Shown: positions 37,057-49,831, counted from the first letter of the stretch. The stretch: 64,000 nt of DNA from Microthyrium microscopicum (GCA_010405405.1 MU004231.1:3466401-3530400); one strand, 5' to 3'. Made by a program: numbers and translations. Notes: generated by a model from the letters alone, not told the origin.

Positions 37057-37343
37057 TAATGCAATGTCTAAGATAGGGTCCATGATTTGTCTCCTTAACA
37101 CATCTCAAAATCTATTTACAAGAACAGAAGTAATACGGCTTTTGGTCTCAGACCTGCAGCATAAAGCTATTCCTGATATGATAACTGGTCAATCAATCTT
37201 CACAAGCCCGCTTGGGCGGCTGCTGGTCAAGATGTTCCTGTAAAAGCTCATCCTTCGCTGGCTGGATGACAGGCGTCACCCTCTTTCAAGGGTTTTCAAT
37301 ACATTCTCTGCCTTGCGCGGGCTTGTGAGGAAGATGACCAGAT

Positions 37344-37431
37344 AGGAACAGGGATATCTGGACTGGTACTAACCGCGACATGTTTCTCGGATCGTCTTTG
37401 GAGCTCAAGTTATCGTTCCAAGATTGCAAGA
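37344..37431 (+). pseudogene. Degenerate relic of an amidase 3' end
   Basis: Reads RNRDIWTGTNRDMFLGSSL(frameshift)QVIVPRLQD, versus RNREIWTGTDHSTFLGSSLGVQVVVPRLQE in the adjacent amidase (about 36883-36972). Confidence 0.75.
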
Positions 37432-37878
37432 TTCAACTCTTCCTGAAGAAGAACAATTTGAAGATGATCTTATTTTCTAGTCGTCTTTGATTGGCTAAGT
37501 AACCATAAGGCTCAGCCTTGTCAGGGGCAGGGATCTGCAAGGGCTTACATCGTAAGGTAAAATGGGCTTGAAATTAAGTGTGGACTATCACCAATTCCCA
37601 TCTGCATATTAGTCTAGGACATAAGTTCCTTCTTAGATAAATTTATGTGAATCTCCATAGAGTCCACTCGTACACTGAACACGAGCATACCTGCGATCGA
37701 AAACTGTCCTCATCATCATTGGCCCTAATACAAATACTCAGATCTTATCTTCTCATTTGGATTGAGCGGGTCTGGCTGTGAACTCCTACGCGCCGAAACC
37801 CAGTAGTACATCACATTGCAATTCTCCAACGCTAAACAAAACGCTCTCCCACCACGACTGTGCATACATCACGATACA

Positions 37879-38700
37879 ATGAGCGACAGCGCAGTGCGCC
37901 GGCGGACGGCAGCAACAAGCAATGACACCAAACAAGAGAAAGCAGCGAAAGGCTCACCAAGTCAAGCTGACGAACCCATCCGCTTCGGCGTTCTCGACAT
38001 CCTACGCATCCTGCTAGGCCTCTTCGTCCTAAGCTCCGCAATGAGCTGGTTTATAAACGGCGACTCCATGCTCTGGGGCTGGAAGCCATGGTTCACGCGT
38101 ATAGGTCCCATATCTACCTGGCTAGTAAGCTTCCACCCTTCTCCACCTCTATTGCATCACCCTTTGCTAACAAACATACAACAGAAAGGACCAATCGTTC
38201 TCACCGATGCCGAACTCCTAGCCTTTGACGGTTCAGATATCAACAAGCCAATCTACGTAGGCCTTAATGGCAGTATTTACGACGTCTCCTCGAATAGAGG
38301 GACGTATGGGCCGGGGGGATCATATTCGTTTTTCGCGGGGAGAGATGCAGCGAGGGGATTCATTACGGGGTGCTTTAAAGATGATTTGACGCCGGATATG
38401 AGGGGCGTGGAGGAGATGTACATCCCTATAGATCAGGATACAGATCCAGTGCTGTCGAAGGGGCAGATGAAGATTAGGAGGGATCAGGAGAGACGGGCGG
38501 CGAAGAAACGGGTCAAGGATGGGATTGATGGGTGGGCTGATTTGTTCAGTGGTGGCACTGGGAAGCCATATTTCTACGTTGGATATATCAAGCGTGAGGA
38601 AGGTTGGCTGGAGAAACTGCCAAAGAGGGAATTGTGTGAGTCAGCAGTAAAGTCACGACCTGCGCGAGATCCAGCTCCAGACCCTGCGGCAGAGAAGTGA
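37879..38700 (+). CDS. Cytochrome b5-like heme/steroid-binding (MAPR) protein with N-terminal TM; probable 60-nt intron 38125-38184
   Basis: ELLAFDGSD...IYVGLNGSIYDVS...YGPGGSYSFFAGRDAARGFITGCF. Confidence 0.9.
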   Translation: MSDSAVRRRTAATSNDTKQEKAAKGSPSQADEPIRFGVLDILRILLGLFVLSSAMSWFINGDSMLWGWKPWFTRIGPISTWLVSFHPSPPLLHHPLLTNIQQKGPIVLTDAELLAFDGSDINKPIYVGLNGSIYDVSSNRGTYGPGGSYSFFAGRDAARGFITGCFKDDLTPDMRGVEEMYIPIDQDTDPVLSKGQMKIRRDQERRAAKKRVKDGIDGWADLFSGGTGKPYFYVGYIKREEGWLEKLPKRELCESAVKSRPARDPAPDPAAEK

Positions 38701-38915
38701 GCTCACTAGCACATTGTAAATGAAATAAGAGAACAGTATACACTTGATACAGTTGAATTTGGGTTTCAGATGATTCGTCGTGAATCGTGTATTTGAGAGC
38801 AACCGACCGGGCCGATCACGAATTGAGCTTTGTTATGCCTAATCACGACGCCGAGTATAAACTCCAATCCAGTGCCATTGACCCGAACAACTGCATGCAA
38901 TTTTCCTTCAACCGC

Positions 38916-39439
38916 TTAATCCGCACCGCCAACCGATCGAGCTAAATGACGCGTGTCAGATATATTGCGTACCCAGCGCGGCGCAGTTGTTGAACTTACT
39001 GTACACTTGCATCTTGGAGTGATGAACAACCTTCTTGATCAAACCCTTCTCTTCAAGATCCTTCATGGCCGCGCGAGCAACCGAGCCATTAATCTTTAAC
39101 CGATCGACGAGGACGGCAACGGTGATGAGACGGTATGATTGCACATCCTTCTGGAGCTTGTCGGAGGTGGCCTTGTCGAGAACGACGGCGTGGTTGGCCT
39201 TGTCCTTGACTAAAGGGAGGAAAACGTCAGTTCAGGCTCGTTGGTCTTGATGGGCGGAGTAACAATGCATTCAGTGCGGTTTGTCAGATTGGAGGGAGGG
39301 TGCTGTGGTGGGAGGAGGCGTCATTTACCCTTTCCTTTGGACCACTTTTTCTTTGCTTTCTTGCCTCCTGCTGCTGGTGCCTGTGGTGATAGATTAGCGA
39401 TTAGTCGGCGACATGCGGGCAATGATGTAGGCGTACCAT
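38916..39439 (-). CDS. RPS25: 40S ribosomal protein S25 (eS25); 4 exons, the first only the ATG
   Basis: M|APAAGGKKAKKKWSKGK|VKDKANHAVVLDK...YRLITVAVLVDRLKINGSVAR...VY|TRSVGGAD*. Confidence 0.97.
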
Positions 39440-40852
39440 TTTGATTGATGGATATGGAGTTGTTTGGAGTGGCAGTCGGAGGGGTTGTTCTTGGTGGTGT
39501 GGAAAATGGAAGACCCAGAATGTGCGATGGTTTAAGCGCCGCGTGATGAGAAATAGGCGCGCGTTCTATCTCAGCCAATAAAAATCGTTTTATCTGCAGA
39601 GTCGGAGGTTTTGGTGGAGGCACAGCGTAACATTTTCGGACTGCATCATCTTGATTTAGACTTTCAAACACTGATTCAAGGCAGACTTCTTAAAATATCT
39701 CAATTGAATTTATCTCTACTGACACAATTTGAAATATGTTTGCCTTGTCCGTAATACCACTCACGTCTTGTTGACATCTGTGGAATATTCTACAGCAGGC
39801 TGTCAGCAGTAACGAAGTGACAAAATAACTGGCACTCTCGAGTCTCTCTTCGTCCCCAATGGCTACCATCGCACTCCATAACGAGAGCATACTTATTTTG
39901 CCATTCTAAACGCTAGTTTGATGGAGTGTTCCATTCATTTTGTCGACTTATTGAGCAGCAAGAACTCAAGAATCATTAGTAGCACGATTAACAGATCGTA
40001 AGATGATGTCTGACAGCCAACGCAGATGTTTTTCTGATATCGCTCGACATTGACCACTTCTACTCTAGCCGCGAGGATGTTCGTTCACTCTATCATCTTG
40101 AGGTTTCAACGTGGCGGAGCTGCGGAGCGCATACCAGTATGCGTCTCTTTCTGAAAAGTGTATGTATGTATGGCGCATGAAGAACCACTTGCACTTGCGA
40201 ACTGCAAAGTTGGGAGCAATCGAATTGAATCACCACAACGCAGCGCGACTTGCGCTTGAAGGAGTTCGGACAATGCAAATGCGGCTGAAGGCCTGAATAC
40301 GATTGATGGCCGGATACTTTAGTTTTCTAGGATTGTTTGTTGGCTGAGTGGCCAACAGCCAGGCCACACTCCCAAAGTCCAGGTCCATCCGTTCTCACAG
40401 CCTCCCCAGCTCTCAAAAGTCCCATCTGTTGGCTGCCACTGTTACACTCAACCATTTCCTCTGGTCGTATGCGCTATCCTGGCCACTTTTCTTAATCTCA
40501 TTCTATGCCACTACCCGAACCATCCTTAGCTGGTTTCCTACATCCTTCCTGACATCTTTATGCGCGTGGTGCCTCTCTTGTCTTTCCCAACTTCCAAACA
40601 CGCGGTCACTGTCAGCCCAGCCCCTCGTGAAGATCATATTAGACCCACTCCAAGTCCCTCGTTGAGCGTCATTTCACTTTATTCGAAATAGCTGCTTAAC
40701 TCACCTTCTTTATCCTTATATTCGCCGAGCTGTGACACTAAATCTTTGGATGCTGTTTGCCATTATTCTTAGTAGGGCGGTTGTTCCGCAAGGCCCTTGA
40801 GCTCCTTCATCAACACTTTTGCGATCGTCCAACTACACTTGACCTTTCTCCA

Positions 40853-41959
40853 ATGCGCTCAAAGGCCGTCAGGTATCGAAGCTTGGATGATCTAAAGCAA
40901 GAGCAGCAAGCAATTACAGTGAGCACAACCACACGCCTGAGCACTCACTTGAGATCAGCTAGGCTAACCAACTTCAGCCTTATTGGAAAATTGTCGCTCA
41001 CCTAGGAATATGGATGCTTCTAGGCGGGTATGTTTCGCCGGCGACAACAAGCCAGGCATAGCGCTGACATATTGCACAGCTTTCTCATTCTTCCGAGTAC
41101 CTACGATAAAGACCCTCAACTACGCTTCGCAGACGGCGTCATAACAATAGTAATCGTCGCTCTCTTAACCGGCGGCTACAGCCTCACAGTCCTTCTCTGG
41201 TTCGCCTGTCCTTCTCCCCTCTTCCGCCTCGAATCGATATTCATCCCCGCCGCATCCTACTCCGCGTTCGGTTTCCTCGCGTCCATTTGGCCTATCATCA
41301 CGAGTACCCGCTCCGACCCCACACAGCCTTCATGCGCACTTACAATCGTTCTCACCGGCGTATCATGTACAATATACGGTGCGCTGGCATTCTGGCAATC
41401 ACGGTCAGTCAAGAAAACCACGAAGCCCGCTATATGGCCGGTATCAGGACAGTGGCAAGAGACTAGTCCCTGGCAGGAGGGCAATAACGGCTACTATAGT
41501 CCGTATGCGGGAAGCACGTATCCGTTGACTGCGAGATCGGATAGTGCGAGTTTTGTGTATCCGCCGCCAGCGGCTGAGCCGATAGAAGAAGATGCGGTTG
41601 GGCAGCAAATGGCATCACTACTGAGGAAAGATCCTGGTCCGAGCCCAGATCCAACACAATCAACTTTCCACCTAGAATGGCCAATTGATGATGAAGGAGA
41701 AGATGGGAACGCCCAGAGTCGACATAATCGAGCGCGAACACTCAGTGGTGGACCTACACATCTTTCACCAGGCGATGCAATACGGCATGGCCGACACAAT
41801 AGTGATGCGGGCGGAGCCTTGGCTAAACTGGGAAGAGCGATACGTTTTGGCGATAGCAGAGGCAGGACAGAGATCCGGGAAGAGAGGGAAAGAGCTGAAC
41901 GAGCACGGAGTAGAGATGAAAGAAGGCGTGAGATTGAACTGGGCTCGTTGGGCTCGTAG
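40853..41959 (+). CDS. Hypothetical multi-pass membrane protein; introns at about 40919-40977 and 41028-41079
   Basis: Canonical GTGAGC and GTATGT introns join MRSKAVRYRSLDDLKQEQQAIT|PYWKIVAHLGIWMLLGG|FLILPSTY...; about 4 hydrophobic helices and a polar tail. Confidence 0.65.
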
Positions 41960-42904
41960 TGTTTTTATGGATGAATACCCTTGCAGTTTACGAATATGGA
42001 TGCACGATTATAATGTACAAATAGCGGATATCAAGGGTGTATTTGGGATAGCGGAGGCGATTTTGCGAATTGAGTAATTGAACTAAACTACCTACTAGGA
42101 CTGTATACAGTTCCATCAGCTCTTCCAGTGTGTATAGAGAGGTACGAGGTTCACATCTTGGATTCGGTGTCGGATCAGGTTATGTTGTCTGGACTGAGAT
42201 GCTGTGATGTGGAAACAGTGGTCAGCTAATCGTTGGTAGCCTTCCCTTTGCGGATAAGACCTGACAGGATGGCGAAATAAAGTATGATCGCTGCCATAAA
42301 CGCTGCTAAATAGAAGATGCTGTATCTCCCACCGCATTCGATGGCAAATAGCACTTATAAAATAGTGTAGCATATGGGAGCAGGCAATGCTAATGGGTCT
42401 ACGCCATTTGCTCTGCCAGCTGGTTATAGACCAATGTCTCAACTTATCATGTCTTAAATGCCCAATACTGACTCCTGAGGTTGAAGAAATGAATAGAAGA
42501 ACAAAGGGCGAGCAAGACACTTGATGCAAGACAAAACAAGCACTTTTTTGATGCAGCCCCCCACCCCCCTCCCCCACATCAGAGCAGGAAGCACGATCTA
42601 ACTTCTGTCGTGCTTCTTGCTTCTCCAAACTCTCCACTCCACCTCAATACCCATCTTCTCAATTGCGCCTGGCCATATTTACACCTCTCGACTTTCTAAA
42701 ACCTTCACTTGGTGACATCTTCTGTTTGATTCTCTCCTTCCTTGCTCGTACTTGTTCTTCTTGGCAGTCACTTTGGTCCAGGCCTTACCTTGGTACCAGG
42801 AGGAGGCAGCAGCGTTCCGCACCATGATCAACTCAATTACTTGATCTCTCCCTTACTTCCTTCTTGTTTTCTTGAAACGAGCCAGCCCACAGTCAATCGC
42901 AACC

Positions 42905-45900
42905 ATGGAAGCATGGAATATCAACCAAGATGTCGGCTCTAATGAATCTTCAGACAACAACAACCGCACAGATCCTCCCCGCACATCCGACACTGCGCGA
43001 TTCCGACGATATCTTAGTCGCACCGCAGAACCCGATACTGTAGTGATATCCGACTACCTCGATGCCGCACTTGCTCAAACAGACTCAAATACCACTATAA
43101 TACCCCCGACCAATCGACGCGCAAACGACTCAAGCCGTACTCGTGCTACAACTCGCGCCACCTCCAGTCAAGCCGTCGCTCAGGTTGTTGACAATCCCTT
43201 TTCAGATCCCACTGCCACTACTGCAGATGCGGCTGATTCCACACTCGCAAACGGTGTCGGCGCTAATATAAGGAGTGCGTTGTCTTGGTCGCAATACCGA
43301 ACATTACGACATCAGGATCGTCTTGCCAATGGTCTGCCGCCGTTGGAAGGACCTCGACGTTTACAACCACTGCTCCAAGACCAACAACAAACTCTTCTTG
43401 CTTCCGAAGAACAGGCCATCCTTGCTGGTCTGATCGGCCAAGACGATACAGTGAATATGTCGAGTGATGGCGCCAACTCAATCATCTCCAGTATGCGGAA
43501 CAGTGGGGGTGATAATCTGACACTCCTGGCCAAGTTGCATCTACTTTCGCTGCGTACGAATCTAGGAGCTTCATATGATGCCGATACTATAGCGCACGCT
43601 CTCTCCGGCCTCAATCCTCGAACTTGTTTGCTATATGTCTTGGAACCTTCGCCCACTGGAAGTGATGTCTGGCCTGATATTCGAGACTTTAGCAAAACTC
43701 CTGCCCGTCTTACCGCGATGTCAAGCCACTGGCTTAGTAGCCAGGCACGGAGAGCTGGAGATGCGCGACCCAGTGCCAATGCCATGTTTGACCAGGAAGC
43801 CAACAATATCGATGAATCGATCCGCTCGACCCGCGCTTCGGCCCCTCTACTTCGCGCAGCGATGGCTCAGGTTCCCATTCTTAGACAACTCTTAACTTCT
43901 AACGACAATAACGCTCAGTCTGAGCCAATGTCAACTCATGTCGACATGTCAAATGCCCAACCAATGATGATTATTCCCAATGATCCTGCTCGACGACCAA
44001 CCTGGCCTCAGGATCAACCCCTACTCCCGAACGAGATGTATTCAATGATACTATCTCACCTTTCTCGAGACGACATCAAATCCCTACGCTTGACCTGCAA
44101 GGAAATCGAACTCCGCATTTCGAGCAAACTCTTTGAAACTGTTGTAGTTCCATTCAATACTGAAATATATGGCATGTTACAAGGCATCAAGTCTTTTCCT
44201 AGCAAGAAAGCTCCTGGCAAAAACAAAGGCAAGGGGAAAATGAAAGAAACCGAAGAGACAGAAGGCATTGAAGGCGGCAAATTGGTATGGAAGAATCTAG
44301 CCACCAATGATGTGTACAATGGCCACGGCATTGATGTTTTCCGAGGCTTTGGTCCACACATGAAGAAATTTGGAATGAGCTTTGAAGTTGATGAAGAAGT
44401 CTTGTCTGCTTTACCACGGAAAGAATTACTACAACTTGTCAAAACTTATTGGGGCGAGTACGAATGGCCATATCCGGACTACCAGCGCTTCAAGGAGATT
44501 GCACGATTAGAAAACACTGCTGATGAAACCCCTCTAATGGTCAAAGCATTCTCATATCTTACCATAGTGGAGGAACTTGCAATATCAATCGACAGTGGTT
44601 TGGGCTGGTTACATGGTCCGGATACTTCTCTACATACACGGATTTTCAAAAAACCACCACCAGTCTTTGGGAACAGATTTCCGGTACCAGATCGCCGAAG
44701 TGAAGCACAGAAGCGTCTTTGGGAGTTACTTCACAAACTCTCTCCGACACCTGATGGAGACAGCATTGCTGGTTCAGTTGTGCGCCATCGACTTGTCCCA
44801 TTCTCGAAGGAAGCTTTTGAGCTCATACATAGACGGAATGTTGCACTTGAGGTAGAGCCCCCAACTACACCTCTTTTCGAACTCAGATCACTCCTGGATT
44901 TTGACCGTCATCATGACGAGCTTGGGCAGTTGTCGGACATTATACACAGTGGCGCGCATAATCCTTCGTGGGACACTTCTGGCAAGCGCTACAAGCCCAA
45001 GCATGCTACCGGAATCTTGTCTTTCGAAGATGCTCCTACACCAGAAGACTCTGCCAATACCATCTCGCCTCTTCAGCCCAACAATTTAACCAAACCTCAG
45101 AAGGAATGGCTTCTTGAGACAGAGTGGGCTCAACGAGCATTCATCTCGTCTTATATGCTTGCAATCATGGATAATGCATTCGCGTTCAAGAACGTCCACA
45201 CTTTCAACTTTTCACGTATCTCGACACATTACATCTCGCAGTTCTTTCGCGACGACTTTTGGGATAGTATTCCCAATTTGAAGAATCTCACTGTTCTTGC
45301 TATTCAAGAATGGCAAATGGTTGTCAAAGACGAGGCTGGATACGTTGACATGAAGAAGAAGACACCATCTACTGGATGCTGTATTCTGGAAGAGTTGCTC
45401 ACTGACTATATTGCTCCTCGACGAAACATCAAGTACTTGAATATCGGCTGGGCGGCAGGCGGCGAGCACGAATCTGGAGCATATGGGCGAAATCAACAGC
45501 TTGCGCCTTGTCCATTGATGCCATGGGCTTGGCTAGATGGCGGACTTTCGGATCTTCGCCTCTTGAAGAAAGAGATGATTCTTCTGCCTTCAGTAGAACA
45601 TCTTACCCTCACAAACTGCTGGATTGCTGGAGTGGTACTACAACTGCTAGTAAAGAAACAATGCGCCGTTGCGCTGCAAAAGCTCACGCTGGATTCCGTC
45701 TCACTTTCTGGTCACAAGAGTGGATGGGAGGACGTTCTATCTGATACCAATCTACCAGATCCGCCTGCTCCAGGCAACGTGCCGCCAGCACCACCCCCAC
45801 CTCCTCCTCTTGGCCATGTCCCTGGTATGCCATTGCAGTTCGGCCATCTTCCAGCACAAGCAGGAGCAGCAAATCCAGTGCCCGGCCAAGTCCAAATGAC

Positions 45901-46666
45901 CGCCCAAGCTGCTCAAGCTGCCGGCATTTTCGGCGCCAACGCGATGCAACTCGCCCAAGCCCTCCAACCCAATCTCTTCGCAAACCAACCCGTCCAAAAT
46001 CATATGCAACACCGCGCCCAAGCACTCGCAGCCAATTTCAACGCCATTGTCGCCGCCGCACCACTCAATAACGGCCAACAGCCGAACGCCAACAACAACC
46101 CCAGGGGCGTCTGGCCCCAACGTCGCGCCGCCCACCTCGCCGCCGTCCCACCAGCCGCTGCAGCAGGTGAAGATGCAGACAGCTGGAAGGGTCCCCATCG
46201 CACCGGCTCCTGGCCCTATGTCATCGACTCCATCTCACCAGGCCTAACCCTCGCGACTGTCCCCAACGCACACCCAGCACGTACTGTCCTACCAGCCGAC
46301 CACCACCTCACTATCATTGAGTTCAAATCATGTGGCTACGCACATTTAGTTGTGCCAAATGTAGATTTCGACATGGCCGAGACTGTCGTTAATAGTCGCG
46401 CGGGCTCGGCACTGATTAGACGGGCTATGACATACTGTACTGAGATGATGCCTGGCAATCGCGATCACTTGTTGGGACAAGTTAGCCAGTATTTGCCGTG
46501 GGGAGAGGATCATGTGTTGAGACACTTCTGGGGGTTCAGAGTCGGTTGGGAGGACCAGCAGGAGAGACTGGCGGCTTATTATGATGGCTTTCAGTACGGT
46601 GGGACCGGGAGATTTTCTGGGGTTTTGGAGAAAATTGAGACGGTGGTTGGGGATGAGGAGGAGTAG
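42905..46666 (+). CDS. Large F-box domain protein (~1250 aa) with an LRR-like central/C-terminal region
   Basis: F-box LLPNEMYSMILSHLSRDDIKSLRLTCKEI; LRR-like LKNLTVL, VEHLTLTNCWI and LQKLTLDSVSL; single intronless ORF. Confidence 0.8.
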   Translation: MEAWNINQDVGSNESSDNNNRTDPPRTSDTARFRRYLSRTAEPDTVVISDYLDAALAQTDSNTTIIPPTNRRANDSSRTRATTRATSSQAVAQVVDNPFSDPTATTADAADSTLANGVGANIRSALSWSQYRTLRHQDRLANGLPPLEGPRRLQPLLQDQQQTLLASEEQAILAGLIGQDDTVNMSSDGANSIISSMRNSGGDNLTLLAKLHLLSLRTNLGASYDADTIAHALSGLNPRTCLLYVLEPSPTGSDVWPDIRDFSKTPARLTAMSSHWLSSQARRAGDARPSANAMFDQEANNIDESIRSTRASAPLLRAAMAQVPILRQLLTSNDNNAQSEPMSTHVDMSNAQPMMIIPNDPARRPTWPQDQPLLPNEMYSMILSHLSRDDIKSLRLTCKEIELRISSKLFETVVVPFNTEIYGMLQGIKSFPSKKAPGKNKGKGKMKETEETEGIEGGKLVWKNLATNDVYNGHGIDVFRGFGPHMKKFGMSFEVDEEVLSALPRKELLQLVKTYWGEYEWPYPDYQRFKEIARLENTADETPLMVKAFSYLTIVEELAISIDSGLGWLHGPDTSLHTRIFKKPPPVFGNRFPVPDRRSEAQKRLWELLHKLSPTPDGDSIAGSVVRHRLVPFSKEAFELIHRRNVALEVEPPTTPLFELRSLLDFDRHHDELGQLSDIIHSGAHNPSWDTSGKRYKPKHATGILSFEDAPTPEDSANTISPLQPNNLTKPQKEWLLETEWAQRAFISSYMLAIMDNAFAFKNVHTFNFSRISTHYISQFFRDDFWDSIPNLKNLTVLAIQEWQMVVKDEAGYVDMKKKTPSTGCCILEELLTDYIAPRRNIKYLNIGWAAGGEHESGAYGRNQQLAPCPLMPWAWLDGGLSDLRLLKKEMILLPSVEHLTLTNCWIAGVVLQLLVKKQCAVALQKLTLDSVSLSGHKSGWEDVLSDTNLPDPPAPGNVPPAPPPPPPLGHVPGMPLQFGHLPAQAGAANPVPGQVQMTAQAAQAAGIFGANAMQLAQALQPNLFANQPVQNHMQHRAQALAANFNAIVAAAPLNNGQQPNANNNPRGVWPQRRAAHLAAVPPAAAAGEDADSWKGPHRTGSWPYVIDSISPGLTLATVPNAHPARTVLPADHHLTIIEFKSCGYAHLVVPNVDFDMAETVVNSRAGSALIRRAMTYCTEMMPGNRDHLLGQVSQYLPWGEDHVLRHFWGFRVGWEDQQERLAAYYDGFQYGGTGRFSGVLEKIETVVGDEEE

Positions 46667-47153
46667 TCTTTGTGCGATAGGTTTTGTTTGTACTGGGCGG
46701 TGTTGTATGATATTGGTGTTTCAATAGGAGGTATGCACTATGGGGATATGGATGGCACATGGACATGACACATGGGCATGGTTAGGTGGTGTATGGAGAT
46801 ATCTGCATCATTTGAAGGACCGGGAACGGCATAAGAGATGGATTCATTGTTTTGGAATCGCATGGCATTCGACTTTTGTATCTGGCTTTGAGTAGCTGAA
46901 GCGTTGCGACGCTTTGGCGATGATCAAATGGTCTGTTTATGAGTGGAGTTATTGCCTATCGCAAGGGGAATTGTCTTTGCTGATTGCATGGTTTGACTTA
47001 TTCAAGGGTCATTACTGAGGAGGAAAAGGGGTTTTGTAAACAACTCCAAGATGAATGGTCAATATCATTACATAACATTTTACGCTTCCTTCTGATTATA
47101 CTGTGATAAAGTTTTCTTCTGTCAAGGGAGCCTGCTGACCATAGCACTGTTCC

Positions 47154-47611
47154 CTAGAACTCTTCTTGTATATGATTTTGCTTGTAATCGCATCCACGAT
47201 TCGATCGCCAACAATTTCGACACATTAGGAGCACGCAGATTTTGCATTCTGTTTCTCTATCATCGGTAGGCTACCCCTGATTTAGGATGCACTTAACTTA
47301 CTCCAATATTTCTCCTTGCATCCATCACCACATATGTAGCATGTCTTCGCAAGGCTGATCGTAAACCCTCCGTCTTTCGCGGGCGTGAACGTTAGAGCAC
47401 CACCGCTTTCCAGTTTGTCGGCGGCGTATTGTTGAAGAGGGTTGATGACGGCGTTTTGGTTTCCGGATTGGACTATCTCACCAACCATGTTGAACTGCTG
47501 AAGTGGTGGTGGTTGTGCAGAATGGGTTCTAAGGTTGAGTTGATAGCGGTCACAAATTGACTGAAGTAGATCGGCGGCTTGACCTTCGGATATCTTATCA
47601 TGAAGTGTCAT
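47154..47611 (-). CDS. Small ZZ-type zinc-finger-like protein, paralog A; intron 47249-47301; start uncertain (47611 or 47488)
   Basis: Spliced C-terminus CYICGDGCKEKYWK|CKICVLLMCRNCWRSNRGCDYKQNHIQEEF*. Confidence 0.7.
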
Positions 47612-48457
47612 GCAGGTAAGGCTCAACAGATGTAACGATTGGTGTGGAGAACAATCTGAAAGTTAAACTGTTGGGAAGGAAGTTGGTATACAGCCTAGCG
47701 AAGATGGTAGATAGGTAGCAGGTCAGGAGCCGGAACACGGAGAAATTGGGGCGATATATACCGACACCCCTAGTCTCGGTGAAGAATGAGTTGTTTTTCT
47801 TCTGACGTTTGCCCTGCTTAAGCGATCCTATAAGAAAGATGGGTACAGTCATGGGTGTAGCGATACGATGCACTAGGTGGTTGTTCCAATCCTTGTGTAG
47901 AGATCGAAGCTAGGTACTCAGCCTGGTGGTTCGTATCAACGTCTACTCGCATATACACTGTAGAGAGAAGAGGAGCTAGCATTACCTCAGCGTCTGTGTA
48001 TTTCAGATTTGAGGGCGAGAATAAGACCATAAGTTAACAAGACGGCCGTGTCCAATTGTCTACCAGGCTGTCATCACTCTACCTACCAGTACAGATGTCA
48101 GAGATACCAAACCCGAAGATATGATCTGAAGGCTCTATTGGTGGCCTCGCTGCCAGGCCTACCTAGGTAGGTACTCATCAATGCGATGATGTATCATGTA
48201 GCTTATCATGTAGCTCTGTTCTCCGTCGTGCCATAACCAAATGGAAACATTGAAGAACTCCTTATCAAGAATTTATACTTCCTCCCCCCTAAGATATACG
48301 AAACCCTTACACGTCCACAGATTATCTGATCATATGTCTGATGTAAACGCCTTCATTCCTCATCAGATACTTCGTTTCTGAGAAGCAAAATTGGAAGCAA
48401 TACTCATCAAGGTCATTTCATTTCCAAATCACGACTAAAACTGACAAAGTCACCTTT

Positions 48458-49004
48458 TTAAACCTCTTCCAACGTATGGTTTTTCTTCTTATCGCATCCT
48501 CGACCACTCTTAAAGCAAGCTTTACAAATTTGGAGCACGCATTTTCTACAGCCTATTTCTATGTTAGCTCCTGCGTTGACTAACAATCGAGTTCTTGATG
48601 AGAAACTTACTCCAGTATTGCAGCTTGCAGTCTTCACCGCATATGTAACAAGTCCTGGCAACACTGACAGTAAAACCGGGACCTTCAGTGACTGGTCTTA
48701 TAGTCAAGGCGCCGCCATGACTGAGCATCTGGTCTGCATATTGCTGGAGCTGATACATGGGATTATACATGTTGTTCTGGTCTTGATATCTCGCTAGCTC
48801 GCCTGTTGGAGGTTGATGTGTAGAGTTTGAGGCAGAGTGGTATGATGGTGGTTGATATGGCATCCATTGGTTCGATTTTGGCTTGTAAGGTGCTGGTTGG
48901 TATTGTTCTCTATTAATCCATGTCCCGTTTGTTTTACCATTGCGGTATTGTCGAACTCTTTGGTCCAACGCGAGAGAGTATTCAGGGGGCGGCTCGAAGG
49001 GCAT
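48458..49004 (-). CDS. Small ZZ-type zinc-finger-like protein, paralog B; intron 48553-48610
   Basis: Spliced C-terminus CYICGEDCKLQYWS|CRKCVLQICKACFKSGRGCDKKKNHTLEEV*; same intron position and phase as paralog A. Confidence 0.72.
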
Positions 49005-49831
49005 GTCGACAAGTGAAGCTCAGAATCTAGGAGTAGATATAGCAAGATTGAGTAATTGACGAGCCCAAAGTTCGAACGGTACAAGTGATAGAAGATGTGA
49101 CAAAAATCCCAAAGCTGGGCATCAAAGGAAGCGATTATCTGCACTGAGGGTGATGGTTTTTATACCACTCTGGCCATGTACTTTATCGTGTGAGCCTTTC
49201 CCACCCAAATCGCGCTGTTAGATAATGTGCAGTAAAGATCAAAAAGGCTTTTTTGAGGCCGGCACTCGCCTAATTGATTTGACTCGGCAGTTGGGCATCC
49301 AATAGGCCCGAATGTATATAAAGCTGAGAGATGATTTGGCTCAGCCTGATGGTTCATATCACTAAATGGCCGCATATGAACAAGCTTGGAGGTTGTGGAA
49401 CGACAAAATCTTTTACCAGGTGAGCAAAGCAGCTCGTATGCCACGTCGATTTAATCCTGTAAGATAATGGATGGCACACTGCGAAGACTCATTGGTCGCC
49501 AAGTGGTGGGCGTCACGATCAGGCTGAAGATTTTGATGCCCAAAGCTGCGCGGACAAGAGTTCATTGAGCCCAATTTAAAGGCATCAATGCAATGCTTCA
49601 TGCCTCAAAACTTGTATGGATGTATCAATTGCGGTTGAAACTGATTGTTGAGATTCAATTGCTTGTTGGTAGTAAGGAAATAATGATGGTATAGCATTGA
49701 ACTTTGGAAATCATGGAGACATTAAAAATGGTTGCTTGTTTCTAAAACTAAAGAAAACCCAGAACAGTCGCTTGAACAACCCAGAAGAGTACCTTATTTA
49801 ACATGACCCATAATCGACCGCGCCAGTTCCA

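Noticed and set aside
42116..42637. 173-aa minus-strand ORF
   Set aside because: Non-ATG start in the pyrimidine-rich upstream region of the F-box gene; no domain features.
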